From Lama glama (taxonomy: Eukaryota): a stretch of DNA of 64,000 bases. Under the pieces are notes generated by a model, which saw only the letters and a list, made by a program, of their open reading frames with translations, had not been told where the DNA came from and did not search any database. A program made the translations under genes and the position numbers. Location of the stretch: positions 620,001 through 684,000 of the forward strand of contig CM052834.1 of NCBI GenBank assembly GCA_028534125.1, in the 5' to 3' direction. This document shows positions 1-13,934 of the stretch, one piece after another. The first letter of the stretch is position 1. Every line of letters starts with the position of its first letter.

Positions 1-1137
1 TCTCTGAACATCCCAGAGCCTTTGCGGCTGAGGGAGCCCGCTCTCCCAGTCAGGTCACGGGCTGTGAGCGGGAAACATCCGGCCCCCTCCGAGGTCCTCC
101 CTCCGCACCACAGGGCACACGGGGTGCTGATTCTGAGGGCGGGATGGGGGCAGAGAGTGAAGACCTCAAATGAACTACAACATGCACGTGTTTTAAAGCC
201 AGGGCATGGAGAACTCTGGGGGGCTGCCTCGCCGTAGGAATGCCGCCTTTGTGGGTAGAGCTATTTCGGAAGGGAAGGCCGTGGGCCAAGGAAGAGAAAG
301 GAGAGAAACAGGAGCCGGAGTGGAGTCCAGGAGCGCTCAGCACAGCCTAGAAAACGCGGTAATGGAACGTTATTTGGGTCTGGGGGCGGGAGAGAGAGGA
401 CGGTGGGTCTCGGTGCTCCAGGGAGGAGGCGGCGTTGGACTTTGTTCGCCCACCAAAGCCCTGAAATAGATGTTGAGTTGGCCTCGGTCTGCGACGTGGC
501 TGCGGGGAAGGCAGGGAGGAAGGGGCAGGACAGACACAGAGGTTAGCTAGCCGGCGAGCCCAGGGAGGAGCCGGACCTCGAGGGACGCTGCAGCCCCACC
601 CTGCTTTTCTGGTCCCCTGCCCTCGGGCTCCTCTGTGCACGAGAAACAAGACAGCCAGCTCCTCTGGGACCGCCGCCTCCCCACCCTCCAGGGCCGGCCT
701 CTGTCGGGCTGGCTGGCCCTGCAGCTGGGAAGAGGCCCAGGCCTCACCGTGCCCCACGCAGGCTGTGCCGCTGGAGGCGTCTGGCTGAGCTCCCTGACAG
801 TGGGACGCGGCCTGCGGGCCCAGGGCCAGGGCCTCCGTGGGCCCGGCTGGAGGAGGTCTACACGTGGCCAAACAGGGCGGGGCTGACAGGGTCCCTTGAA
901 GGGGCAGCTCCCCCTGACCCGTCCACCCCCTTCCTGCCCCTCTGTCCCACGAGCCCGTCCGTCCTCCCAGCTGGACCATGCCCTCCCCTCCAAGTCCCTT
1001 CCTCCCACCCGGTCCACACCCTCTCCCAGAAAAAGCTGACATCCTCCGCGTAGGTCACAGGTTGTCGGGTCCCCAAGTGGGCGGGGCCTGGGAGGAAGAT
1101 GTTCCTACACTCTCTGGAGTGCGAGAGCCCAGTGTCC

Positions 1138-1167
1138 CCTCTCTCTCTCTCTCACACACACACACAC
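1138..1167. repeat. Compound (CT)n(CA)n microsatellite
   Basis: Direct reading. Confidence 0.9.
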
Positions 1168-1792
1168 CTGTCTCTGCCCATCTCCTCGTGTGCTGGAACC
1201 CACTGGTGATACTGGTTTCGAGGGGTGTGATGGAGGAAGGACAGCAGGGAAAAATCATACACTTTTCCTCTTAAGAAATCAGTCTGACCTGGAGCCAGGC
1301 TATACCTGTCTCCCCTTCTTTCCCATATGGGAGGGGAGGAGCCAGGTCAGGGAAAGGGACCTCGAGGCTCTCTCCGAAGTGGCCAACCAAACCTCTCAGT
1401 GTCCAGCTCCTCAGAGCCAGGCAGGGCTAACCAGCCGGGGGGACGGAGTTTCGGGGCTGGAGGCCTCTCCCTCGTCATCCTTAACCCCGCGGGATGCGCG
1501 GACGCCAGCCTCCGGAGGTCTCGTGTGCGTCCACGTGGGCCGGTGGGAGCTGCTCCCTCCTTGCGAATAATCCCGTCTACCAAGGACGTGGCCCCTCGGC
1601 TCACTGGCCGCCGTGGCAGAGAAGATGCGGGCCAAGCTGGAACCGGCCTCAGCACATCGTTGTCGGGAAGGACAGACGCTGCCCGGGCGTCGTCGGGTGC
1701 ATCTCACATGCACAGGGATTTTGGACTTTCCTCCCTTTTGGATTGTCTGTGCCCTGATTCGCTCCATCCTTGGAGCTATTGCAGGTTGAAGG

Positions 1793-1985
1793 ACGTGGTG
1801 CAATGGTTGAGGCCGTGATCCCCAGAGGCAGGGTGTCTGGGTTCAAGTCCTACCTCTGGCACTTAATGGCTGAGTAACCTTGGGCAAGTAACCCCCTTCT
1901 CCGTGCCTCAGTTTCCCCACCCAGAACAGGGGGTAGCGGTGAGAATTAAATGGGACGACACAAGTGCAGCGCCTGGACCCGCAGG
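1793..1985 (+). mobile_element. MIR SINE
   Basis: CTGGGTTCAAGTCC...ACCTTGGGCAAGT...GTGCCTCAGTTTCCCCA...GAGAATTAAATG. Confidence 0.85.
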
Positions 1986-4900
1986 AAGGTGCCAGGCAGC
2001 CCCAGCGACGCACGGTTGCCTAGAGCCGATCTGCCCCTCTCCTGGGCAAGCAGGTCCAGAGGCGCAGTTCTGGGGAAGGCACAGCCCGGGTGTGTGGAAG
2101 GAGGAGGGCGGAAGGTCACGGTTCCAGAATCCTGTCTCATCTTGATCCTAGTGAGGACTGTAGCTGTCCTCAGGGTCTTGAATGAAATCTGGCTTCGTTT
2201 CGAGCAAGTGGTCCTGCGTCGATTTTGCCAAACTCAGGTTCACACTGACAGTTAACTGCCAGGTTCTTGGAAGCCACCCCGTCCCCGGGGGAGACCCCGG
2301 TCCCTCTTCCTCGGGCGGAGGGCTGGGAAGGGAGCAGCGGGCTGCCTGGTGGGCCCAAGAGCAGGACTGCAGAAGGGAGGCTCCAGGCACCCACCCTGGC
2401 GCCTGAATTCGGGACCCTCAGCCCCTTGGCTGCCCCGAGCGAGGTCTCCCTGGTCTTCTCAGAGGCAACGTAAGCTTCAAAGCAGGAAGGTGCGGAGAAG
2501 GGTCCACGGACGCCGGCACCCGGGGCTGGGCTGCTGTTCTCAGGCCTTTGGAGGCGGCAGCCACTCTGCTGCCGTCACTTGCTTTCTTCCCTGTCCCTCC
2601 TGCCCGTCTTCCTGATCTGCCTCTGACGGGTCCAGCAGGAGAAGCAAAGGGGCACGAGGAGCTGATCCGGAAGCTTTTCCCGGCCCCCGGGAGAGAGGCC
2701 GACTCTGACTTTGTCTGTCGGGGTCTCTGCCCCAAGATGTTTCCTTCCAGGGACACGCGGGCCCCCGGGAGGGACGTGGGGGAGTGGCTGGGACTGGACG
2801 CGGAGCTGCTGGAAGGAGACAGAGGGCAGGGAGGAAGGGGAGGCGGAGAGGAACTCCAGAGACACGGGGAGGAACGGGTGAGCAGGGCTGGGTGGGAAAA
2901 GCCCCTGAAGGTGGACAGCGAGAGGAGGGACCACACGCAGGGCGGGAGGCGGGAGGTGGGGAGAAGGGAGGGCAGGGGAGAGCGGAGAGCCCAGGGGGCC
3001 TCAGAGCGACTCTGCAGGTGAAGCTGGAGGGAGGCGGTCAGCGCCCCAGGGTGGCTGGAGGATGTGGTCGTGTGAGGACGGCGGTTTGCCAGAGGGAGGC
3101 CAGATGCTGGATCAGCAAGGAAAGAAGGTTCTGGAAGAGCTGATGGGGCGGGCGGAGCAATCAGCTGCAGGGTTTCTTGGCTGGAGACAGTGCTCTCCTG
3201 GGAGGCTCCTGTACCCCCACCTCCTCACCCAGCTCCCCCTCCGCCCACCCAGCCCTCGTCTGTCCCTTTGCCACCAGCCCCGTGGGAAGAAGTCAGCTGT
3301 GACGACCCTTCTGCCTGACCGTGCCCGCCAGCAATCCCCACCCGTGTCAGGGCCAACAGTCCTTCCCAAGAGAGAAAACCGTCCCTGGGACGGCAGAGAA
3401 AACTTTGCTCTGGGGGCCGGGGGCCGGGGGGCCCTGTGCTGGACAAACAGCTGGAAATAAGAGTGACGTGCCCTGGTGCTCGGCAGGTCCGAGGCCGGCG
3501 CTCAGCTCAGACCTCCAAGGCGCGGAGCCCACGGGCCTGGCCCAGCCCCCAGCCCAGTGCTGACCAGCAGGGCTGCCCCTCCCGGGGCGAGGCCTGAGCA
3601 GGGCCGGCCCGATGCCTCTGATGACCTGGTGGCATCTGACACCAGGCTCATCCCTCGCTCCCGGCCCAGCGCAGTGCCGGGGGCCGTGGTGGACTCCTTG
3701 GACGTCAGGCCGAGGGAGGGGCAGCTGGTCCTCTGTCAGCGGCGGCCCTCCTGCTCACCTCACCGCCTTTCGGCCTCTCTGCTCGCTTGGAAGCGGCCAA
3801 GGCTACATGCCTTCTTTCCTAAAGATAACAGGGGCTCCAAAAAGCACTCCAAACAGGGAAGACATGGTGTTGGCAGAACTTCTGCTCACCATCAGCTGGC
3901 ACTGTGAAGTCCTCTGTCTGGGGCAGGTGGCAGGGGCCATCGCCCCTGGCAGTTAGGAGGGCAGGGCCAGGACGCCAGGGGGAGCTGGGCTGGGGAAACG
4001 CAGGGTGGTTGGATTCAGGGCAGGGATTTGCTGGAGTAAACCTATCCCACGGCGAGGAAGCAGGAACGAAAAGACCCAGCGAACATCAATCCCCACGAGG
4101 CCAACGGAAGAACCACAAACTGACTGACCACCCAACCACGAGACAGAGGGACGGAGGAGGCAACGCAGGGGCAACCTGAGTCCCCCATCAGGGCCAGTGT
4201 CAGCCTTCTGTGTCCTCACTGCCTGCCTGTCCTCGCTCAGCATGCCTGCAGGTGCAAACACACCCCCAGCACAAACGCACCATCCCGCTGGGGACCGGAG
4301 GGGCGCAGAGCAGGACCCCGGCGGGTGGTGACACGCAGGCCACCGCGAGGAGCTGCCATTTGAGGACAGATCAGCTGGATTCTCCCACCAGAGCTCCAGG
4401 AGGTTTACGGTGTGGTGTTCCACCCGGAGGTTTTGGGGATGCTTTTCCTGGAGTCTCGTCCTTAATGAGGATCCTGGAACACGGCTCTCTCCCTACCGGT
4501 CACCCTCCTCAGGCAGCCAGGCCAGTGACTTCTGCACTTCAGGGTATTCCCAGAAAAGGTCCATCTCCCTTCTCTTCAACCACAGGCCCCGCAGGCGGCA
4601 GGTGTGAGCGGTACGTGGCCCCAGGGCGGCTTGCTCGCTTCTCCAGGAAAGGTCTCTGTTTTACCCCGTCTTCCTGCAATAGGAAGCTAGGGATGGAGAA
4701 GTCGGGGCACCGTGCAGTGCAGACCACCGTTCCCGGGTCTGCAGGGTTTCGGGGGTGCTTTCCAGGTGGAGGCCCCTGCAGGTGTCACTCCCTTTCGCTT
4801 CGTAAGGCAGCTTTGCCGTTCGCCCAGTGCAGCGCCTGTGCTCAGGAGGCCTGAGTCCAGAAGCCCCTGCAGGGCCTTGCAGGCTGCACCAAGCAACACC

Positions 4901-6456
4901 AGAGACACAGCGGAGTCAACCGCAGAGGGAGCCTAACCACGCGTCTCACGAGGCTGGGTGACGGCGAGGCAGGTTCCCTCCTGGAGGCGGACGTCTGAGA
5001 CTGGAGCCCAGCCCAGCGACGGCCCCGCCTCCCCCGCCTGGCCGGCCACGCTGCCATGGGCAGAACAGGACTGCAGGGCCCCACGGAAGGTGGCCAGGGA
5101 CATTCGGAAGTCTTCCCTGCCCCTAAACGGGACCAGGCTTGGAAGGCGATGTGAGAAAGGGTGTGTTTGCTGCCCTGGAGGCGGTCGGAATCCACTGCTA
5201 CTATCACCCGATGACGCACATTAGGCGTCTCAGTCTCTGAAGATGAGCCAGGATCTTGACATGAGAGGAAGACTCGGCGCTGTGATTCGGCCTGTCTTGG
5301 CTTTGAGTCCCTCGAAGGCTGCTCCCCTCTTTCTGGAAAGCCCAGCAGAACACTCGGTGGAGAGACACCTGCCGACAGCCTGGTGCGGCGGCAAATGCGG
5401 CGACCACAGCGCCCGACGCCCCGGATGCCACCCCCGGCTCTGCCTCTGAAAGACGGCGTGGCTAACATGACACGTGACTGCGTTGAGCCCCACTCCCTCT
5501 TCCCTGAGACGCGGAGGCCAGCACGGGGCTCCGTGGCGTCTGCGGGCTGCCTGCAGTGAGCGGGCAGCGCCCCGTGTTCTGAGACGTGTGGGTTGAACGT
5601 GAGCTCAAGGAGGATGGAGAGGATCTCTTCAGTGAGCAGGGCTGCAGCCGCCACGGAGCCTCGTCCTGCCCCAAGTGGTCAGGGCATCACCGTCCGGAGG
5701 GAGCGGAATGGATGGTCAGGGGCCCTTGCTGTCGGGGACCTGCTGACTGTGCGGCCCCGGGAAGAACCCGCGTTGGCGGGGAGCGCTCACCCTCCCAGAA
5801 CCAGTGCCTTTGTTCTCGTCGCCTTGAAGCTGCAGCGGCTGCAGCGCCGTGTGACCGCCTCCCTCAGGGCAGCTGCCCAGTGCCCAGTGCCCAGCAGGGG
5901 CCGTGGCTCCCACCATCTTCAGGGGCCAAGATGGACAGTGCTGCTCACACAGTTCCTCTCCCGTCATCGGGAAGCAGGGCCGGGGTGGGGGGCACAGATA
6001 ATCCAAGTGACCGGGAATCAGCTGCCTCCCGGCCTCACTCAGCCAGCGGCTCTCACCTTCTCCCAAACTCTTCCTAGAACTGCTGACAAGGAGCAAACAG
6101 ACGCGTGCGGGTCTGCCCTGCACTGGAAGGTGCGAGGGGCCACGATGGGCCCTGAGGGCGGCCCGGAGGCCTCCAGCGGCAGGAGCACCCAGCCTGGAGC
6201 AGACGCGCCCTGGCTGAGCCTTTACAGCAAGACCACCAGTCTGTGCGGCCTGGGGGTCTGGGGGCTGGGCCTGAGAGGTTTGGTTTCCAGCTCCTTCTAG
6301 ATGGTATGCGGGGCCGCGACAGGGACAGGGTGAGAGTGGGGGGGGGCACTGAACCTCCCTGGGAGGCAGCTTTGCTCAGGCGGGAACTGTTCCCTTGTAC
6401 CAGCCGTGGTTCGGACCACGAGCTGAGAGTCGACTTCAAGGAGTCGGCCTGGTTCA

Positions 6457-6942
<486 letters not shown>

Positions 6943-6944
6943 CG

Positions 6945-7108
6945 NNNNNNNNNNNNNNNNNNNNNNNNNNNNNNNNNNNNNNNNNNNNNNNNNNNNNNNN
7001 NNNNNNNNNNNNNNNNNNNNNNNNNNNNNNNNNNNNNNNNNNNNNNNNNNNNNNNNNNNNNNNNNNNNNNNNNNNNNNNNNNNNNNNNNNNNNNNNNNNN
7101 NNNNNNNN
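6945..7108. other. Assembly gap (164 N)
   Basis: Run of N. Confidence 1.
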
Positions 7109-7121
7109 CCACGCACTGCCG
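6963..7121 (-). CDS. CACNA1C: CACNA1C exon 29 (III-IV linker, IVS1); only the 5' 13 nt are visible, 3' boundary inferred inside the N gap
   Basis: CTAAC branch, C-rich tract, CAG|CGG CAG TGC GTG G (RQCV); end inferred from the 159-nt human exon length as recalled. Confidence 0.82.
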
Positions 7122-8386
7122 CTGGGGGGAGAGGGCGGTTAGGGGCCTGGGTGGTGGGGGGAGGGGTGGGGAGGGGAGGTGCACGTAGGAGGTGCTGCAC
7201 ACGCGGGGGTCTCTGCGGGTCGGAGGAGTCGCCTACGGCTTCAGCTCCCCTACAGGGCTGAGGTGTTGCATGGGCTTCTTTTGGCTTTTCTGTCACCCCG
7301 TGACCCAGGAGAGGCTGTCTCCGGTCAGCCTCCCTCTCAAGGCGCAGTCAAGGGGTCTGCGTCTCCCTTTCTCTGACTTGGTGACGCCCGCCGCACTGAG
7401 GACTCGCGGCGGCATTTGACACGTGCTTGCTGACTGACTGCTGGTCGGCCTTCTCACGGATTACTTCCAGCGGCACCTCTGTCCTCAGCTTTCCTCTCTG
7501 TCCTAAGCTGGCCTTCCCCACTCACCAGCGCCCACAGACGAGGAGACAGAGCTCTCGGGGTGGCGGGGGGTGGGATCTGCGCTAAGCCCATCCCGCCTCC
7601 TTTCTCCCGTGGGGCCCAGATTCCCAGGCCAGGAGCTGGCGTCGCTCCGGCTCCTGCCTTGCGCTCGGCCTCCGCGCCGGGTCTCTAACCCTGACCGACT
7701 CTACCTCCTCCTGCCCACTCCGTTTCCACACCTGTCAACCCGGTAGTGGATCGGGGTCTAACTGCCTCTCGTCCACACTTCCTAACTGGCCTCCTTCCTC
7801 CCTGCCTTCATTATAGTCCACAGTCCACACAGCGGCCAGGAGGCTGGGCCTAAGCCAAGGGGCTGACACAAAGCCCACGAGGGGCCCGCTCCTCCCTAAG
7901 CAGAGCTTGGTCCCCCCGGGCGGGATGTGTTTCCCACGGACCTCGGCGGGCGGGAGCTGGTGGGGGGTCTGGTCCTGGCGCCTGCAGGCCTCAGGCCCTG
8001 CGCCTCGGTCCTCGCCCCCCGAGCAGAAGTCGGCCCACTGCTGGCTTCCTCCTGAAGCCTTTCCTGCCCCACCTCGTGCACAGGCCTGTGTGTCTCATTC
8101 AAGACACTAGCAGTGGCTTCCAAACCTGCCAAACCTCCCGGCCTCAGTCTGGCTTCCTCCCTCCCACCCGAGGTGCCCGCCCGCCCAGGCCTGTCCTGAC
8201 TCGCGGGCTCCCGCGTGTGACTCGGGGCTCGGGAGCCTCCCTGAGTGCCTGCCGGACGAGCACGGCGGCGTCTGCGGCACTGGGGCCGGCGGGGCTGCAG
8301 TCCCTCTGCCCCGGCGTCGAGCCCCGTCCTCTCTCTCGGGGCCCGGCCGCGGCCCTGGCCCGGCCCCTCGACCCCCCGGGGGCTAC

Positions 8387-8588
8387 CTGGTTCTTGTCCA
8401 GCTCGCAGTTCCTGTACTCCTGCTCCCCCNNNNNNNNNNNNNNNNNNNNNNNNNNNNNNNNNNNNNNNNNNNNNNNNNNNNNNNNNNNNNNNNNNNNNNN
8501 NNNNNNNNNNNNNNNNNNNNNNNNNNNNNNNNNNNNNNNNNNNNNNNNNNNNNNNNNNNNNNNNNNNNNNNNNNNNNNNNNNNNNNNN
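8387..8588 (-). CDS. CACNA1C: CACNA1C exon 28 (IIIS6); only the 3' 43 nt are visible, 5' boundary inferred inside the N gap
   Basis: 8387-8429 encodes GEQEYKNCELDKNQ|GTAGCC; start inferred from the 202-nt human exon length as recalled. Confidence 0.85.
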
Positions 8589-8601
8589 NNNNNNNNNNNN
8601 N
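8430..8601. other. Assembly gap (172 N)
   Basis: Run of N. Confidence 1.
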
Positions 8602-8639
8602 GCCCGCGGAGGGCGGGGGCTGGGCACAGCTCTGGGCTG

Positions 8640-8750
8640 AGGGCAGGAGACCCGGGTCGCGTCCCAGCTCTGCCACGTACTGGCCGTGTGGCTCAGGCGC
8701 ACCACCCCACCTCCCTGAGCCTCAGAGCCCCGTCGGTAAGGTGGAGGCAC
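8640..8750 (+). mobile_element. MIR SINE, degenerate
   Basis: TCCCAGCTCTGCCAC...CTCCCTGAGCCTCAG core. Confidence 0.6.
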
Positions 8751-9839
8751 TCCCAGACCTGCCCCCCGGCAGGGCAGCTGGTGCAACGTCCACGAGGGTG
8801 TTTGGAAACCGTCAAGAGCCGTCTAAATGCAACACGAGTCGCTTCGGCCCTGGCTTCAGATACTGGAAATTTTGGCAGATGCTGAAACAGCTCTGCAAAT
8901 CTGCAGACTCGGAGGACGTTACGTGAACGTGAGATAAATCTGAGAGCAAATATCAATCTGGGTACAAACCCTTGGTGAAAACGGCCCAGGCTCACTCAGC
9001 TCATCCCCGAGGGCTCGGTTTACAGGCGGGGGCTCGCGCGCGCCCTGCGCCTGGGCCTGGGCCACGGGCCCGTGGTGCTCGCTTCTCCAGTGGACGGACC
9101 CCCCACTCCCACCTGCTGCCCTGCACGGCGTCGGCTGCTCTCCGGGCGGTCTCGGCATTTCACCCCTCAATAACCGTGCCTCCCGCCCAGGAGCCACGTG
9201 CCGTCGCTGGCTTAGGAATGCCTGGGATTTTCTGCCTTTGAGACGATGGTGTCACTGGGAGACGTGGGGCCGTGGGGCAAGCAGGTGTCTGTACAGAGAC
9301 ATCGGGAGCCCGATGGACAAGCCAGGCGGAGGTGACGCAGTGGAAAGGCCACCCGGGCTGGTCCAGGCCTGCCGGCACTGCCTCTGCAGCAACTGGGACC
9401 CAGGCTTCCTTCCCTCTCGGACTTCCCACCACCGTAAACACGGACTAGGCTTCCTCTGAGGAGACGGCGCAGCGTCCAACAGCACCTGACCCCCTGAGTG
9501 CACACTGGGAGCAGCGGCCTTGAGTCCTGTGGTGACCCAGGGGCCCACACCTGGAGAAGCCCTCACCCCCCACTGCCGGATGCCACGAGGGTGATGGCAG
9601 ACGCCCCATCACGGCAGCTGACCCTCGGTTGGGAAGAGGAGCTAAAAGGAGCTCCTTTTTGGCTGAAGTTCCAAAAAGTTAACATCTTCCAGAAAAAGAA
9701 GTTGTGTTTCAGTGGTGACCTGCCCACACACTGCCTGGGGCGGCACAGAGAAGTGCGTTTCCTGGGAGGGACGGTGGGGCGTCAGTACCGCTGAGGGGCC
9801 GCGGGGAGGCCAGCGCCGTGGCCGTGACCTGCATACTCA

Positions 9840-10145
<306 letters not shown>

Positions 10146-10283
10146 TCACGTGTTCTGTCAGTGGGACCACGTAACCCACGGGTGAAGTCCAGCCGCCAGC
10201 GCCGTCCAGCCCTCCCCTCAGGCCGAGCCACCAACCGCCCAGAGTCAGCCACGTCCACGCTGGCTGTCCCCAGCCGCTCTCAC

Positions 10284-10336
10284 CTGCACTCCGCCTCCGT
10301 CTGCTTGGAGCTGTCGGAACAGGTGTAGAGCTTGCC
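10284..10336 (-). CDS. CACNA1C: CACNA1C exon 26 (domain III extracellular loop), 53 nt
   Basis: GKLYTCSDSSKQTEAECR; AG/GTGAGA. Confidence 0.97.
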
Positions 10337-10627
10337 CTGGAAGGAGGAGGCACAAAGTGACGGAGATGCTCTGCGATCAAGGCGTCGGTCAGGACTGCTC
10401 AGTGATCGTCCCTGCAGCCCGGCTCTGTGCTGGGGTCTCGGGACAAAAGTGAAGGGAGAGCAGCGCCCAGGTGGGGAGTCAGGACCCACAAAGCAGCCAG
10501 TCAGAAACACCCCCGGGGCCACGGGGGCTCAATACCCCGGAGGCTGGACCCCCAGAAAAGGCTGCGGCGGGAGGGGGAGCGGCCGGGCTTGGGGCTGAAT
10601 TTGGGGGAGAAATCAGGGCAGGCTTAC

Positions 10628-10648
10628 GTGGTGGGGGTGGAGGTGGTG
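10628..10648 (-). CDS. Candidate 21-nt alternative microexon in intron 25 (HHLHPHH)
   Basis: Long pyrimidine tract ...CTCCTTTCCTTCCGCCCTCTCCCCTCCGGCTGCAG|CACCACCTCCACCCCCACCAC|GTAAGC; phase 0/0, in frame; no transcript evidence available. Confidence 0.5.
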
Positions 10649-10730
10649 CTGCAGCCGGAGGGGAGAGGGCGGAAGGAAAGGAGCGGGGCGGGACCGGGGC
10701 GGACCAGGCTCTGAGCGTGGCGGGCGGTCA

Positions 10731-11222
<492 letters not shown>

Positions 11223-11591
11223 TCAGGGGGCCTCGCCGGGCTGAGCCCCTTGGCCACGAGCCTCTGCCCCAGCGGGGAGGTCCCTCAGAGGCCACGCGCC
11301 TTCCCAGGGCCACAGGGTGAGGGAGCCAACTGCCAGCTGCCGACTCCCCGTGTCCCGGGGGCAGGAGTGCAGGGGCCGCGTCACCGCGTGGGGCCTGGGG
11401 TGTGTGTGGGTCCCCTCTGGCAGAGGCTTCGCTGTGACTGTGGGCGGCTGCCTCTGCCGGTGATCCGTGCATCACGGAGCCAGGACCTGACGTGGGGCCA
11501 CGGTGCAGGCAGGAGGGTCCCGAACATTCCCGCCTCCCACCCACCCCTTGCTCAGGCAGCTCCCAGTGGCCCGCAGCCCCGGCCGCGTTCA

Positions 11592-12110
<519 letters not shown>

Positions 12111-12683
12111 GACCGGTCGAGCAGCGTGTTGTGAACTGAATTCAGGTGGCCTCCTCATCGCGGACTTGAAGCAACACTACAGAAATGGCGGGGCTCCAGG
12201 CAGGGAAGGTCTGGGGTGCTCACCTCCACACACAGTCCCAGGCAGCTGCCCATCACACACACGCGTCAAACCCGCTCTGCACACCCACACTGGCAGCAGT
12301 GCCTCCGACAGGACAGGCCCACAGGCTGGTGCCGGGGCTCCGCCCGCCCTGCAGGGAGCACTGGCCGCTGCCGGCGTCCAGGGGCAAGGAGGCTGCACCC
12401 ACCCCCTAGCCATCTGACAGAGACATCCTCTCAAGCCTGCAGAGGGCCCTTCCCCTCCTTGGGCCCTAAAACACGAGGGGCGCCAGCAAGAGCGGACTTC
12501 ACTCCTCCCGAGGTCAGCGTGATGCGCGCGCGAGGGACCGGGGGAGGTCTCGATTCCTCTGGTTTGTGGCTCTCTTTATTGCAAAGGACGTGGGGCCTTT
12601 GGGTCCCTCCCAGCATCTCAGGGACAGTGGGAGGGAGGCAAAGGTCAGGCTGAGGGGGTCCTTGGTTCAGGTTAGGAGAGGTT

Positions 12684-12930
12684 TAGTGTGTTTTTCACAT
12701 TCTCTTTCATTACAGGACATTGCAAGACAGTGAATGCAGCTCCCTGTGCTGTGCAGAAGGACCTTGTTGTTCATCTGTTTTGTATGTAATAGTTTGTATC
12801 TGCTAATCCCAAATGCTTAATTTATCCCTCCCCTGCCTTATGCCTATAAAACTGAATCTCTCTGCTGCATACCAGAAACTAACGCAACATTGCAAAGCAA
12901 CTTCAGTGAAAAATAAAGCATAAAAGAAAA
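12684..12930. mobile_element. Cetartiodactyl L1 3' end with 5' inversion (about 12684-12836 minus, 12839-12930 plus)
   Basis: Minus arm GGGAGGGATAAATT...GATTAGCAGATACAAACT...; plus arm ACTGAATC...CCAGAAACTAAC...AATAAA with A tail; the arms are adjacent in the L1 3' UTR consensus. Confidence 0.8.
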
Positions 12931-13289
12931 GTGATGGGGTGGCAATGCTGGGCTTAGGATCCAGACTGCAGGCTCCCAGGAGGAGTTTGGGGCCAAACAG
13001 TCGGTGATCACAGGAAAGGGTCTCACTCCTAACGCCCCCTCTCTGCTCCTTCCAGGCCAACACTGGAAGCAGCCTTGGGATGGAGCCCTGTGCAACCGGG
13101 GCCAAGTCCCCGTTTTCCTGTCTGGGACTAAACGGTGGTTAACAGTGCCGGCCCTGCCAGCCTGGTGGTTCCGTGCGGGTCAGAGAAGGCAGTGCACAGA
13201 AAGTCGTTTCACATTAAAGTGGAGGGTTCACATTAGCAGCTGCTGGAATTCGGAAGAAACTAGTCATCAGACCCTTTCGAGCCTGAGCA

Positions 13290-13457
13290 AGCTGACAGCC
13301 TTGGCTGTGGGTGGCATCACCCAGAGAGCCCTCAGGACCCTAAGACCCTGCTGCGCCCAGACCAGCTGTGTCACAACTCTGGGGCAGGGATCCCGGCCAA
13401 CGGCTTTTTTCAAAGCTGCTCAGGAGGTCCCCGGTGTAGCCGATTGAGAACCAGCGA
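13290..13457. mobile_element. MER5-like DNA element remnant
   Basis: CTCTGGGGCAGGG...TTTTTCAAAGCT...TTGAGAACCAG end motif. Confidence 0.5.
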
Positions 13458-13827
13458 TTCCCTCTCCTTCCCTCTCTCAGCAGGTGCTGGGGCTGGAGAC
13501 GGGACGGGGGCAGGCGGCGGGGGGAGCCCAGGCTGGCCAGGCCCATGACAGGTCCTCGGAGCTGAGGGCAGCCAGGGCCCTGGGCACGGGGAGCCGGAGG
13601 AGATGCTGCTCCCACGGTACCCAGGCAGGACTGAGACACTGTCAGACCCCTGCCAAGCATCACACCACGGAGGACATGGACACCGGAAGCCAAAGCCCCC
13701 GGGAGGCCCCGTCCGTTGTACTCAGTCACCCTGCCGCCGTGCAGGCAGGCCCCCCAGGCCCCCGGCCGCCTCCTCTGACACCTGCTCCTAGTTCACGCCC
13801 CCTCGTGGGCTGAGGAGCCCCACTCAC

Positions 13828-13934
13828 TGGATGCCGAAGGAGATGAGGGACACGCTGACCACCAGCAGGTCGAGGATGTTGAAGTAGTTCCGGCAGAAGG
13901 AGCCCTTGTGCAGGAAGGCCCCGTAGGCGGTCAT
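13828..13934 (-). CDS. CACNA1C: CACNA1C exon 23 (IIIS3), 107 nt
   Basis: [36 protein letters not shown]; AG/GTGAGT. Confidence 0.97.
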
